From positions 1-64,000 of the IMG/VR virus record IMGVR_UViG_3300027908_000005: 64,000 nucleotides of DNA; one strand, written 5' to 3'. This document shows, piece by piece, positions 1 through 7,232 of the stretch. Under the pieces are notes generated by a model. The model did not search any database. It was not told the DNA's origin and saw only the letters and a program-made list of their open reading frames with translations. The DNA comes from a virus. The position numbers and the translations under genes are program-made. The stretch's first letter is position 1. Each line of letters begins with the position of its first letter.

Positions 1-98
1 CGCCAACGCCTCAAGAGGTTGTCGAAGGACTGGAGGGCGTCACAGGGGGGGATGGCGTAACGGTCGGCTAATTGGCGGGTTGTGAGGAAGTCCGACAT
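1..98 (-). CDS. hypothetical protein, 3' end cut by window edge (possible HTH)
   Basis: ATG at 98, two nt below the stop of the upstream gene. Reads MSDFLTTRQLADRYAIPPCDALQSFDNLLRRW and stays open to position 1. Confidence 0.4.
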   Translation of the reverse strand, partial: MSDFLTTRQLADRYAIPPCDALQSFDNLLRRW

Positions 99-100
99 GA

Positions 101-361
101 TTATCCCATCAGAGCGATTTCGACGGCCCCGTACTTCTCAATCAGGTCGATCAGGCGTTGCGCCTCTTCTCCTCGTTTGTCACCACAGGCGGCGACGCCG
201 CGCAGGAAGTCGAGTGCATCCGGCCCGACCGTCGTCCACTCCGCCGACAGGGAACCGTCATGATCCCACAGACACGGCGCCAGGATGAACTTCAACTGAT
301 AGCCCAGAAACTCCCCGTCGGGATTCTTGGGAAGGGGGCGCCAATAGAGATTCGTGCTCAT
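101..361 (-). CDS. hypothetical protein
   Basis: Track ORF, 86 aa. ATGA start/stop overlap with the upstream ORF at 358-361 (translational coupling). Confidence 0.55.
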   Translation of the reverse strand: MSTNLYWRPLPKNPDGEFLGYQLKFILAPCLWDHDGSLSAEWTTVGPDALDFLRGVAACGDKRGEEAQRLIDLIEKYGAVEIALMG

Positions 362-660
362 CGACTATCCAGCATCGAATGAAAGTCGAACTGGCTCCGA
401 TCCGGCAACACCGACGCCAGTCCGCCCGGTTGCGCGTGGATCTCATCCCATACCTGTTGCGCAGCCTCATCGGCACTCTGCGCACCCGATACCGTCACCT
501 GATAGCAAGAGGATTCCATCCCGACACCGCGGCGAAAAGAAACCGAGAGGCCGCCGGGTACGGGATGAACGATACAGCGAACGGCCCAGGCGGCCCACGG
601 GCCGCGTACGATCCCCTCGGCGCGGTCGCGGTCGAAGCCGACTACAAAGGGTTTATTCAT
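358..660 (-). CDS. hypothetical protein
   Basis: Track ORF, 100 aa. ATGA overlaps at both ends (358-361 and 657-660). Confidence 0.55.
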   Translation of the reverse strand: MNKPFVVGFDRDRAEGIVRGPWAAWAVRCIVHPVPGGLSVSFRRGVGMESSCYQVTVSGAQSADEAAQQVWDEIHAQPGGLASVLPDRSQFDFHSMLDSR

Positions 661-896
661 CTTTCCTCCTCCCCTCTCCTCGTTCGTACATACGGCATCA
701 AACGCTGCACCGTCCGATCGTTGAGCACGTCAAGGGCATAGACGAGTTGCCATTCGTACCCGCAAAAGGCACAGATACTGTAGGTTTCGACGACACCCCC
801 CGAACGCCGTTCCCGATCGTCACAACCGGTCAGAAAACTATCGTGCCCGCAATGGGGGCACTTCAGCAAAGGGACTTCAGGATCTTGAGTCTGCAT
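657..896 (-). CDS. zinc-ribbon protein
   Basis: 79 aa with two CxxC pairs (CPHCG ... CAFCG). ATGA coupling to the downstream gene. Confidence 0.55.
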   Translation of the reverse strand: MQTQDPEVPLLKCPHCGHDSFLTGCDDRERRSGGVVETYSICAFCGYEWQLVYALDVLNDRTVQRLMPYVRTRRGEEER

Positions 897-1128
897 CGGT
901 CAAGGTTTCCCCGTACACCCCCTTGAACTCGGCCTCCTGAAGCGGGCGCATATCGCGCACCGTGAACGGAACCGTTTCGTCCACCAATGAATGACGGTAT
1001 TTTCGCATCCGCGCGTCAAACTCTTCTTCCGTTTCATCCGGGGGCAGATGGAACCCGTCGCCGTGTTGAACGTTCCACTTGATAATCCACTCAAGGCGCT
1101 TCAGGCGGCATTCCAATTCGTCTATCAT
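877..1128 (-). CDS. hypothetical protein
   Basis: Track ORF, 83 aa, acidic. 20-nt overlap with the next gene. No domain recognised. Confidence 0.5.
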   Translation of the reverse strand: MIDELECRLKRLEWIIKWNVQHGDGFHLPPDETEEEFDARMRKYRHSLVDETVPFTVRDMRPLQEAEFKGVYGETLTDADSRS

Positions 1129-1134
1129 ACCTGG

Positions 1135-1560
1135 CTATTTCTCCTCCGTCCGCCTCAACGCCTCCCTCATCCAGGCCAGATCCTCCTCCGTCATCGACGC
1201 CAGCAGATCCCCCAGGCCCGAATTGTGGACCGGGCCGGTGCCGGACTTGGGGCGGAGGGCGATCTCGGAGGGCATCACGAGGGCATGCCCGGCGAAACCG
1301 GCGTTGTCAATGTGCGTGACCGGCGTCACGTTGTCGAAGTCGAGGTTACGGAAACGGTCGGCGATCTCCGGTATCAGTTCCGGGCCGGCGACGTAACGGG
1401 GCGGTTCCGGTTGGGTTCGGATCGGCAGAACGGGCTCCTCGTAGGGGACGAAGAGGCGGACCATGCTCCCACACCCCATACATCGCTGCTGAACCGGGGG
1501 ATGCTCGCCGTAGGTGTGCCCACAACCCGAGCAGATGTAAGCGCGCACAATCGTCGCCAT
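1135..1560 (-). CDS. zinc-ribbon protein
   Basis: 141 aa. N-terminal CSGCG ... CMGCG. TGATG junction with the upstream ORF at 1560. Confidence 0.55.
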   Translation of the reverse strand: MATIVRAYICSGCGHTYGEHPPVQQRCMGCGSMVRLFVPYEEPVLPIRTQPEPPRYVAGPELIPEIADRFRNLDFDNVTPVTHIDNAGFAGHALVMPSEIALRPKSGTGPVHNSGLGDLLASMTEEDLAWMREALRRTEEK

Positions 1561-1790
1561 CAGCGTTCAAACTCCCCCATCGGCCCCACCCGATACTCAT
1601 TCACCGCCGACACCAGGAACTCGGCAACGACGTGACACGGCACCGCTTGCCCTCGATTCCCGAACGGGGGGGAAACGTACAGAACACATCGGTTATTCCC
1701 GTCACAAACCTGTGTGCCTCCCTCGTTCGTCTCCCCGACGCGCCAGGGGGACGGGAAGCGTTTCAGCAATGCGGCCATTTCTGCGGTCAT
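1560..1790 (-). CDS. hypothetical protein (xPW-motif family)
   Basis: 76 aa. Purine-rich SD (GGGGAGGAGAAGGAAGAGG) before ATG 1790. An FPSPW motif near the N-terminus also occurs in the 21117..21500 and 23606..23977 products. Confidence 0.5.
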   Translation of the reverse strand: MTAEMAALLKRFPSPWRVGETNEGGTQVCDGNNRCVLYVSPPFGNRGQAVPCHVVAEFLVSAVNEYRVGPMGEFER

Positions 1791-1859
1791 GTTACCTCTT
1801 CCTTCTCCTCCCCTGCAGCGGCCTCTTCCGCCATCGCTATGAGGGCGATTACGAGCAAA

Positions 1860-2807
1860 TCAATGGGTTCCATCGGCTTGCGTCTCCTTCCGCGCCGCGT
1901 CGATCGCCTCGCGTACCGTCCGAAACCCCGCGCCCCCCGCGGCACAGTTCGACAGGCCCCCGATCCCGTAGGTCCAACCGACGAAGTCCTGCCCCTTCAC
2001 GTCGGCGTCCAGCCAATCCAGCCGTTCGGCATCCGCACTCAACTTCAGATACGTCCGGCTGGACTCGAAATATGTAACCTGCTCCCGCAGGCGTTCACAC
2101 TCCTTCAGCCAATGGTGACGCTGTTGCTTGGTGAGTTCGTGTTCGGCACATTCGTCGACCAACTCAGCCTTCAACGTCTCCCTCTCATCAGAGTTTACCA
2201 CATACCCCTGCAGTTCCAACTTCAACGCCGTGACGTCCGCCTCACGTTCGGCCAATTCTGTACGCGTGACCGCCAATTCCTTTTCAGCGCGTTCGGCTCG
2301 CGCCCGGTCCGTCTCCCTCGCCTTACGCCACTCCTCATAGTGTTTCCCGTTCATCGCAACGTAAGTCACGCCACCGGGATCGGGCATTCCGGGACGCACA
2401 AAACTATAGCCCGCCGCCTTATGGGAGGCTTCCAACTCCACAACCTGCGATTCAGCCTTCTGCGCCCGATCGCACCACTCATTACGTTGCCGTATCGTTA
2501 CCCCCAACAAATCGTCTACGGCTTGCCCTAATTGCGTAGTTGTAGACGATACCGGCGCGTGGACGTGACCGTTCGCCTCCAACGCCTGAAATCGTTCCTG
2601 CGCGGCCTCCCAATCTCTCTGATAGCCCACCGACAGGTCATCCATGCGCCGCGTCAGTTCCGCGATCTCCTCTTCGAGATCCCGACTAGGACGGCTCCCT
2701 TCAATCGCCTCCAACGCCTCAATACGCAACTCAAGTTGCTTCAACATCCCCTTTGTAGCCGGTTGCCGTTGATATTCCGCCACGGGATCATAGACATCCT
2801 CACTCAT
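1860..2807 (-). CDS. coiled-coil protein
   Basis: 315 aa with long E/R/L/A-rich heptad-like stretches. ATGA overlap at 2804-2807. Confidence 0.6.
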   Translation of the reverse strand: MSEDVYDPVAEYQRQPATKGMLKQLELRIEALEAIEGSRPSRDLEEEIAELTRRMDDLSVGYQRDWEAAQERFQALEANGHVHAPVSSTTTQLGQAVDDLLGVTIRQRNEWCDRAQKAESQVVELEASHKAAGYSFVRPGMPDPGGVTYVAMNGKHYEEWRKARETDRARAERAEKELAVTRTELAEREADVTALKLELQGYVVNSDERETLKAELVDECAEHELTKQQRHHWLKECERLREQVTYFESSRTYLKLSADAERLDWLDADVKGQDFVGWTYGIGGLSNCAAGGAGFRTVREAIDAARKETQADGTH

Positions 2808-3133
2808 TCCGGCTTCTCCCGATCGTGCTCCAGAAATGACCAGCGGTTGCCGTCCAGCAGTTGCTCCTCCAGCCGCTCGTCCATCACCGCCTTCCCCTCC
2901 GTTAGGATCCGGGTACGCAGGTCCTGGATGTGCTGATGCTCGCCCATCATGTATTGGGTCACCAGGGCGTGCAACATCATGGCGACGCTGAAGGCGGATA
3001 GGCGCTTATCCACTTCGACGATAAATGGCTGCGGTTGCCCGGTCTCGGGGTCGGGCTCTCGAAGTTCGAGAATCACGCGGGGATAACCGTCGCGTTGGAG
3101 GACGGAACGGATCTTGTCGTTGATGTCACTCAT
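2804..3133 (-). CDS. hypothetical protein
   Basis: Track ORF, 109 aa. ATGA overlaps at both ends. Confidence 0.55.
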   Translation of the reverse strand: MSDINDKIRSVLQRDGYPRVILELREPDPETGQPQPFIVEVDKRLSAFSVAMMLHALVTQYMMGEHQHIQDLRTRILTEGKAVMDERLEEQLLDGNRWSFLEHDREKPE

Positions 3134-3381
3134 GGATACAGCACCTCCACCTGACGTATCAGTTCGGAGAGATCCCGATCCGGCGGCACCGTCGCCTGTA
3201 GCATCAGGACATAGGCGACCTCGATGGATTTACCCAGTGCCCGATGACATTGGTAGAGGCCCCGCAGAGAGGACTGTATCACTGGGAGATACTCCTGGAT
3301 CTTCGACTCGACGGCCTCATCGGTGTGACAGATCCCGACGAGATGGTCGAAAGCCGAATGGCTTTTATTATCGTCACTCAC
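3130..3381 (-). CDS. hypothetical protein
   Basis: Track ORF is 3130..3492. I prefer GTG 3381, which overlaps the stop of the 59-aa ORF upstream (GTGA). Product starts VSDDNKSHSAFDHLVGICH. Confidence 0.45.
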   Translation of the reverse strand: MSDDNKSHSAFDHLVGICHTDEAVESKIQEYLPVIQSSLRGLYQCHRALGKSIEVAYVLMLQATVPPDRDLSELIRQVEVLYP

Positions 3382-3553
3382 GCGTCTCAAACTCCCTCCC
3401 GGCCAGCCACAGGCCGACACCCGACGCCAACAGTCCCCAACGCCAGCCGACGCAACTGAAGGCGGCCACGACGAAGACGAGCACCCCGACACCGCGCAGC
3501 AGGCAACCGCCCAGGACGACGGCGCCGCGCCATTGGCGTTCGTGTCGGGTCAT
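3374..3553 (-). CDS. small membrane protein (59 aa)
   Basis: Below the track cutoff, hand-translated: MTRHERQWRGAVVLGGCLLRGVGVLVFVVAAFSCVGWRWGLLASGVGLWLAGREFETRE. Two hydrophobic segments. Confidence 0.45.
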   Translation of the reverse strand: MTRHERQWRGAVVLGGCLLRGVGVLVFVVAAFSCVGWRWGLLASGVGLWLAGREFETRE

Positions 3554-3554
3554 C

Positions 3555-3860
3555 TTAGGGCCTCTTGTCCCTCGCCACAGCCTTCAAAAAGCGCGTCATT
3601 GCGTCCACCAGCGGGGTCAGATCCTCCGCCGGGACGCTGAAGTGAGATGTGCTGACATCGTACCAGATAGAACCGTTATCGGTCTTTTGAGGGACAGGTG
3701 CGGATTCCGCTTTAATCGTCTCTACCCGCTCCACGGCGGGGTCGAACTTCATCAAGGATGCCATCTTCCGTTCCAGTTCCGTCACGCGTTGGTACAGTTC
3801 GGAGAGACGATCCTCTTCGTATTCCGCGTGAGTGTTATCGCGTTCGTATTCGACACTCAT
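3555..3860 (-). CDS. hypothetical protein
   Basis: Track ORF is 3555..3878. ATG 3860 forms an ATGA overlap with the upstream stop (3857-3860). Confidence 0.5.
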   Translation of the reverse strand: MSVEYERDNTHAEYEEDRLSELYQRVTELERKMASLMKFDPAVERVETIKAESAPVPQKTDNGSIWYDVSTSHFSVPAEDLTPLVDAMTRFLKAVARDKRP

Positions 3861-4480
3861 CTTCCGGCCCCATTCCACCCGAACAGGCGCGGATCCGGGT
3901 CACTCGGATGCGCGACCTTTTCCTCCAATGCCAACACCCGATTTCGCAGATTCAACACCAGATCCTCGAAGCCGTCGATCCGGTGGCGCAGTTCACGCAC
4001 TTCGTCGGCATTCGCCATTGGCGGATGCTTCCGTTCCTCCGAAGGGTGCGCACGCCCCGTTCCCTCCTGCATGATATTCACCTCATCCCCTCCGCGAATC
4101 CTCGCCAGCACTCCCCGCAACACCCCACAGAGGAGATGCGCCCCGGCATCGCTACGCACCCCGTACGCGTCCAGGGCCGACTCGCAGACGCGGGCGCAGC
4201 GTTCCCGCTCTTGGGCCACCGCCAACGATTCCAATATCGACCGCCCCGCATATTCCGTTGCCGGAATATGCGCCCCGTCGGGATGGCCGTACATCAACAG
4301 GTTCTCCGTACGCTTCTGTGACTCGGCCAGAATCTGCGCCGTCACCTCTCGGATCACGTCGGCATCGGCGTGCATGTGGATCACGGTCTTGCCATCCTCG
4401 GATTCGGCGGTGCAGAGAACATCGGGTTCCTTTGTCGCATACTCCGCCGGGTCGGTCTTCGGTTCTTCGTCTTTGCTCAT
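3857..4480 (-). CDS. hypothetical protein (ERERC-motif)
   Basis: Track ORF is 3857..4498. ATG 4480 is ATGA-coupled. Contains AQERERCARVCES, a motif repeated in the 4477..4743 and 24926..25399 products. Confidence 0.55.
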   Translation of the reverse strand: MSKDEEPKTDPAEYATKEPDVLCTAESEDGKTVIHMHADADVIREVTAQILAESQKRTENLLMYGHPDGAHIPATEYAGRSILESLAVAQERERCARVCESALDAYGVRSDAGAHLLCGVLRGVLARIRGGDEVNIMQEGTGRAHPSEERKHPPMANADEVRELRHRIDGFEDLVLNLRNRVLALEEKVAHPSDPDPRLFGWNGAGR

Positions 4481-4743
4481 CCCCGTAAACGCCCCCATGC
4501 CTCCCAGACACCCGCCGCCTTCTCCTTCAGGCGCCTTGACGTCTCCGGAGAGTATTCCATCACCTTCGCCTGGTGATCCAACTCTAAGCCGAACTGATAG
4601 AGGATGTCACGGCATCGCTCCCGCTCCGCCGCAATAATCCGTTCGGCATCATTGGCCGCGTGCCGATACTTGCGCCATCCCTCAACACGCTCCAGAGAGG
4701 GACGCGGGAAATTCTTCCCCAGATCCGTTCCGTCATACATCAC
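4477..4743 (-). CDS. hypothetical protein (ERERC-motif)
   Basis: 88 aa with a GTGA/ATG start at 4743/4740. C-terminal VWEAWGRLRG resembles the end of the 5948..6082 product. Confidence 0.5.
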   Translation of the reverse strand: MMYDGTDLGKNFPRPSLERVEGWRKYRHAANDAERIIAAERERCRDILYQFGLELDHQAKVMEYSPETSRRLKEKAAGVWEAWGRLRG

Positions 4744-5045
4744 GGCTGACTCCTCGGCCTCGTAGCCCTTCCATACCTCACATTGGGTTCCGCCCGCGCG
4801 TCCAGTTCGTCCCCGGCCTCATCCGCCAACCCGAAACGCTGGAAGTACAGGCGCAACTCCGCCGGCAACGCCCCGACCTGGACGGGCACCCCGCAACTCT
4901 GGCAGATCAGGTGCATCGGCGGCTTTCGCATCTCGTCGCCGCACAGACGACAATGCCACAGGTAAGGGGCGGTGTAGACGGCCCCGTCGGGGTGGGCCGT
5001 CCCCCCCTTCTGCCACGGGAGAGGTTCAGTCGGGCGTCTCGGCAT
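4740..5045 (-). CDS. zinc-ribbon protein with MPRRPTEPL N-terminus
   Basis: 101 aa with CRLCG ... CQSCG. N-terminal MPRRPTEPLPWQ is shared with the 5516..5749 product. Confidence 0.5.
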   Translation of the reverse strand: MPRRPTEPLPWQKGGTAHPDGAVYTAPYLWHCRLCGDEMRKPPMHLICQSCGVPVQVGALPAELRLYFQRFGLADEAGDELDARAEPNVRYGRATRPRSQP

Positions 5046-5523
5046 CCTCTGCCCCTTCCATCATTGTATCATCATCCGTTGATACATCCCCCCATCCGCC
5101 CGGCTCCGGCAACGTCACACCCGCCAGCGTCTCCAGCCATCGCTTCAGTTGGGGCAGGCCGGCGTCACGACCGCACCAGAGCAATTTACCGTGATGCCGT
5201 CGCCAGCGCCATTCCTTGACGTCCGGCTTCTTCTTCAGGTCCAGAAGGGCAAGATGTTCCTGCCGCTGCTTCTCTCGGTGGATCGCCCCGACCAACAACT
5301 TCACCAGGAATGCGTTTCCTAAGACCGGAGCGGGTTCCTCACCGAACTTCGTGTTGATTGTCTCGTGTGCGTGCTCGAAGGCGCATTGAAGCTCCTTCGC
5401 CATCTCCTCCGTCACGACCACTGACAGCACCACACCACCGGGATAAGCCGTCGTCGGCAGACGCTTCAGTCCCTTAATCGTCTCCGCCTGCTGTCGGGCA
5501 CGTTCAGCGCGATCTTCACTCAT
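5026..5523 (-). CDS. hypothetical protein
   Basis: Track ORF, 165 aa. Normal amino-acid composition with an acidic C-terminus. Confidence 0.55.
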   Translation of the reverse strand: MSEDRAERARQQAETIKGLKRLPTTAYPGGVVLSVVVTEEMAKELQCAFEHAHETINTKFGEEPAPVLGNAFLVKLLVGAIHREKQRQEHLALLDLKKKPDVKEWRWRRHHGKLLWCGRDAGLPQLKRWLETLAGVTLPEPGGWGDVSTDDDTMMEGAEDAETPD

Positions 5524-5749
5524 CGCCTATCCCCCGAATCTGATCGATAATGGCGAGACAGTCCAACTCCTGTTCCTTCTTCAGTAGCTGCCGCGCCATC
5601 AGACGGGCCTCCGCAGACGTCAAGCAGACCGATATGGAACCGATCCATAATTGAATCCAGCCGGGACAGAGTACCTTTACGGTAATCTCTATGCCATCCT
5701 CTGTCTTCATGTGTTGCCACCATAACGGTTCAGTCGGTCTTCGGGGCAT
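5516..5749 (-). CDS. hypothetical protein with MPRRPTEPL N-terminus
   Basis: 77 aa. SD AAGGGAGG upstream. N-terminal MPRRPTEPLWWQ. Confidence 0.5.
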   Translation of the reverse strand: MPRRPTEPLWWQHMKTEDGIEITVKVLCPGWIQLWIGSISVCLTSAEARLMARQLLKKEQELDCLAIIDQIRGIGDE

Positions 5750-5951
5750 TCTTCACCATCGCCTCCCTTATCGCATCGCGCAGATCCTCATGCCAACCCG
5801 GATGGGGGAGACCGACGTCGAATCCGCGCCGCTCGATACGCCCGTCCGGCCCCACGTACCAACACCAGACGACGGCGACGGAAGCGCGCGGATCGCGCCA
5901 GATGCGGGCGGAACTCGCCTGAAGCCAATCAAGGATCTCGGTGTCTGTCAC
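5730..5951 (-). CDS. hypothetical protein
   Basis: Track ORF is 5730..5969. GTG 5951 overlaps the upstream stop (GTGA). Confidence 0.45.
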   Translation of the reverse strand: MTDTEILDWLQASSARIWRDPRASVAVVWCWYVGPDGRIERRGFDVGLPHPGWHEDLRDAIREAMVKNAPKTD

Positions 5952-6082
5952 CCCTTGATCCTCCCCCACGCGTCCCAGACCGCCGACGCCTGCGCCACCC
6001 TCACCTTCGTCACGACATCCTCCGCCCCGTGCGTCACGGCACGCTGAACCGCTTCGGCCATGTCAGATGACTCAACGGTCAT
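5948..6082 (-). CDS. small protein (44 aa)
   Basis: In-frame ATG 6082 of track ORF 5948..6214 is ATGA-coupled to the upstream gene. The product ends VWDAWGRIKG. Confidence 0.4.
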   Translation of the reverse strand: MTVESSDMAEAVQRAVTHGAEDVVTKVRVAQASAVWDAWGRIKG

Positions 6083-6309
6083 TTCGTCTCCTGTCGGATA
6101 AAGATCACGCGTCGCTCGAACCCGAGCACCGCCGCCAGCCGCATCGACACCGCCCGACGTCCCGTAACGACGTCGTGGACGAACGTCGGCGCCTGTCCAT
6201 TCGCGCGCGCCCACGGCGTCACGCCGCCGGCCTCGGCGCAGCGGCGCTTCAGGTCGGCCACAAGTTCGGCGCTATCGTATCCGTCTCCATTCTCGGTGGT
6301 TACGTTCAT
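6079..6309 (-). CDS. Cro/YdaS-like HTH regulator, probably leaderless
   Basis: Track ORF is 6079..6318. Contains a GGVTPWARANGQAPTFVHDVVTGRRAVSMRLAAVLGF HTH-like segment. ATG 6309 lies 8 nt after the -10 of the promoter at 6317-6346. Confidence 0.45.
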   Translation of the reverse strand: MNVTTENGDGYDSAELVADLKRRCAEAGGVTPWARANGQAPTFVHDVVTGRRAVSMRLAAVLGFERRVIFIRQETK

Positions 6310-6316
6310 AGCCGAC

Positions 6317-6346
6317 ATTGTACGCGGATACGCGCAGGGTTGTCAA
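6317..6346 (-). promoter_or_regulatory. sigma70-type promoter TTGACA-N18-TACAAT
   Basis: Minus-strand reading: TTGACA (6346-6341), 18-nt spacer, TACAAT (6322-6317). The ATG at 6309 sits at the expected +1. Confidence 0.5.
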
Positions 6347-6443
6347 GCGTAGACATTTGTCGCGGCCCCGTTACCGTCTGGAATTTTAAAAACGACGGTC
6401 ACTCGTGCGGCTCGTCTTCGTTGGGATTGGGGACGGATGTCCC

Positions 6444-6758
6444 TCACGGCTCCGACTCGGGCGACCATTCCTCCGTGCGTTGCTGCACTTCACTGAACCA
6501 GGAGATCACGTGAATGGGCAGTTTGGCTTCTTCCTCATCCGGCTCAAATTCGTTCAGGGCGCACGATAGGCGAGTCAGGAGCGTATACCCTTCCCGGTCG
6601 CTCTCGACGGATTCGATGGGAACGCGCACTCCGGCAGTTGAGACGGCGTAGACCCACAGATGTTTTTTACCGTCCCGAGCCTCAATGTTGCCGACCTTAA
6701 AAAGCACGACGTTATCGAGATTTAACAACTCGCCATAGTAAAAATCAAGGAATATCAT
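6444..6758 (-). CDS. hypothetical protein
   Basis: Track ORF, 104 aa. Locally lower GC. Followed by a non-coding gap of about 125 nt. Confidence 0.5.
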   Translation of the reverse strand: MIFLDFYYGELLNLDNVVLFKVGNIEARDGKKHLWVYAVSTAGVRVPIESVESDREGYTLLTRLSCALNEFEPDEEEAKLPIHVISWFSEVQQRTEEWSPESEP

Positions 6759-6945
6759 GGACGTCCTTCTCCGTAATCGTGACGGTACCGCACGTCGGAC
6801 AGCCGGTTCCGGCCTGACGCTTCGCCAATTCCCCGATCAGGCAATCATTAAGGTAGCGCCGTTCGGCTATCCGTCCTGCATGATACCCTACCCACACACC
6901 GAAAGCAAACACCCCGAATACAACAAAGAAGATTGTCAGTATCAT
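6745..6945 (-). CDS. small membrane protein with CxxC
   Basis: 66 aa. N-terminal TM (ILTIFFVVFGVFAFGVWVGY) and CPTCG. ATGA coupling at 6942-6945. Confidence 0.5.
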   Translation of the reverse strand: MILTIFFVVFGVFAFGVWVGYHAGRIAERRYLNDCLIGELAKRQAGTGCPTCGTVTITEKDVHDIP

Positions 6946-7232
6946 CTTTTCGCCTCCCCCATCCCCGCCGGCAACTCCGGCAGCGGGCGCCAGTACCGCG
7001 CCCCCTCACCGGTCGGGTAACTCCACTCGCCGGACGGCCAATAACTCCCGATCTCGACGTACGGGGCGATCCCCTGCGAGTGTAGGCCGGGCAGCGCCAG
7101 CAGATAGTAGCCGGTGGCTTCCGGCGGATCCGTCATCAGTCTCCAGTCGGCGGCGTCCGTTTCCACCAGCGCCCCGTAATGGCCGCGCAAATCCTCTCTT
7201 CCTGCGTCAATATTTTGATTCTCCTCGGGCAT
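6942..7232 (-). CDS. DUF551-like protein
   Basis: In-frame ATG 7232 of track ORF 6942..7331. C-terminal ...WSYPTGEGARYWRPLPELP resembles the DUF551 signature as I remember it. Confidence 0.45.
   Translation of the reverse strand: MPEENQNIDAGREDLRGHYGALVETDAADWRLMTDPPEATGYYLLALPGLHSQGIAPYVEIGSYWPSGEWSYPTGEGARYWRPLPELPAGMGEAKR

Noticed and set aside
3114-4637. 507-aa plus-strand ORF
   Set aside because: R/P/S-rich and antisense to six translationally coupled minus-strand genes. It is a GC-driven spurious ORF.
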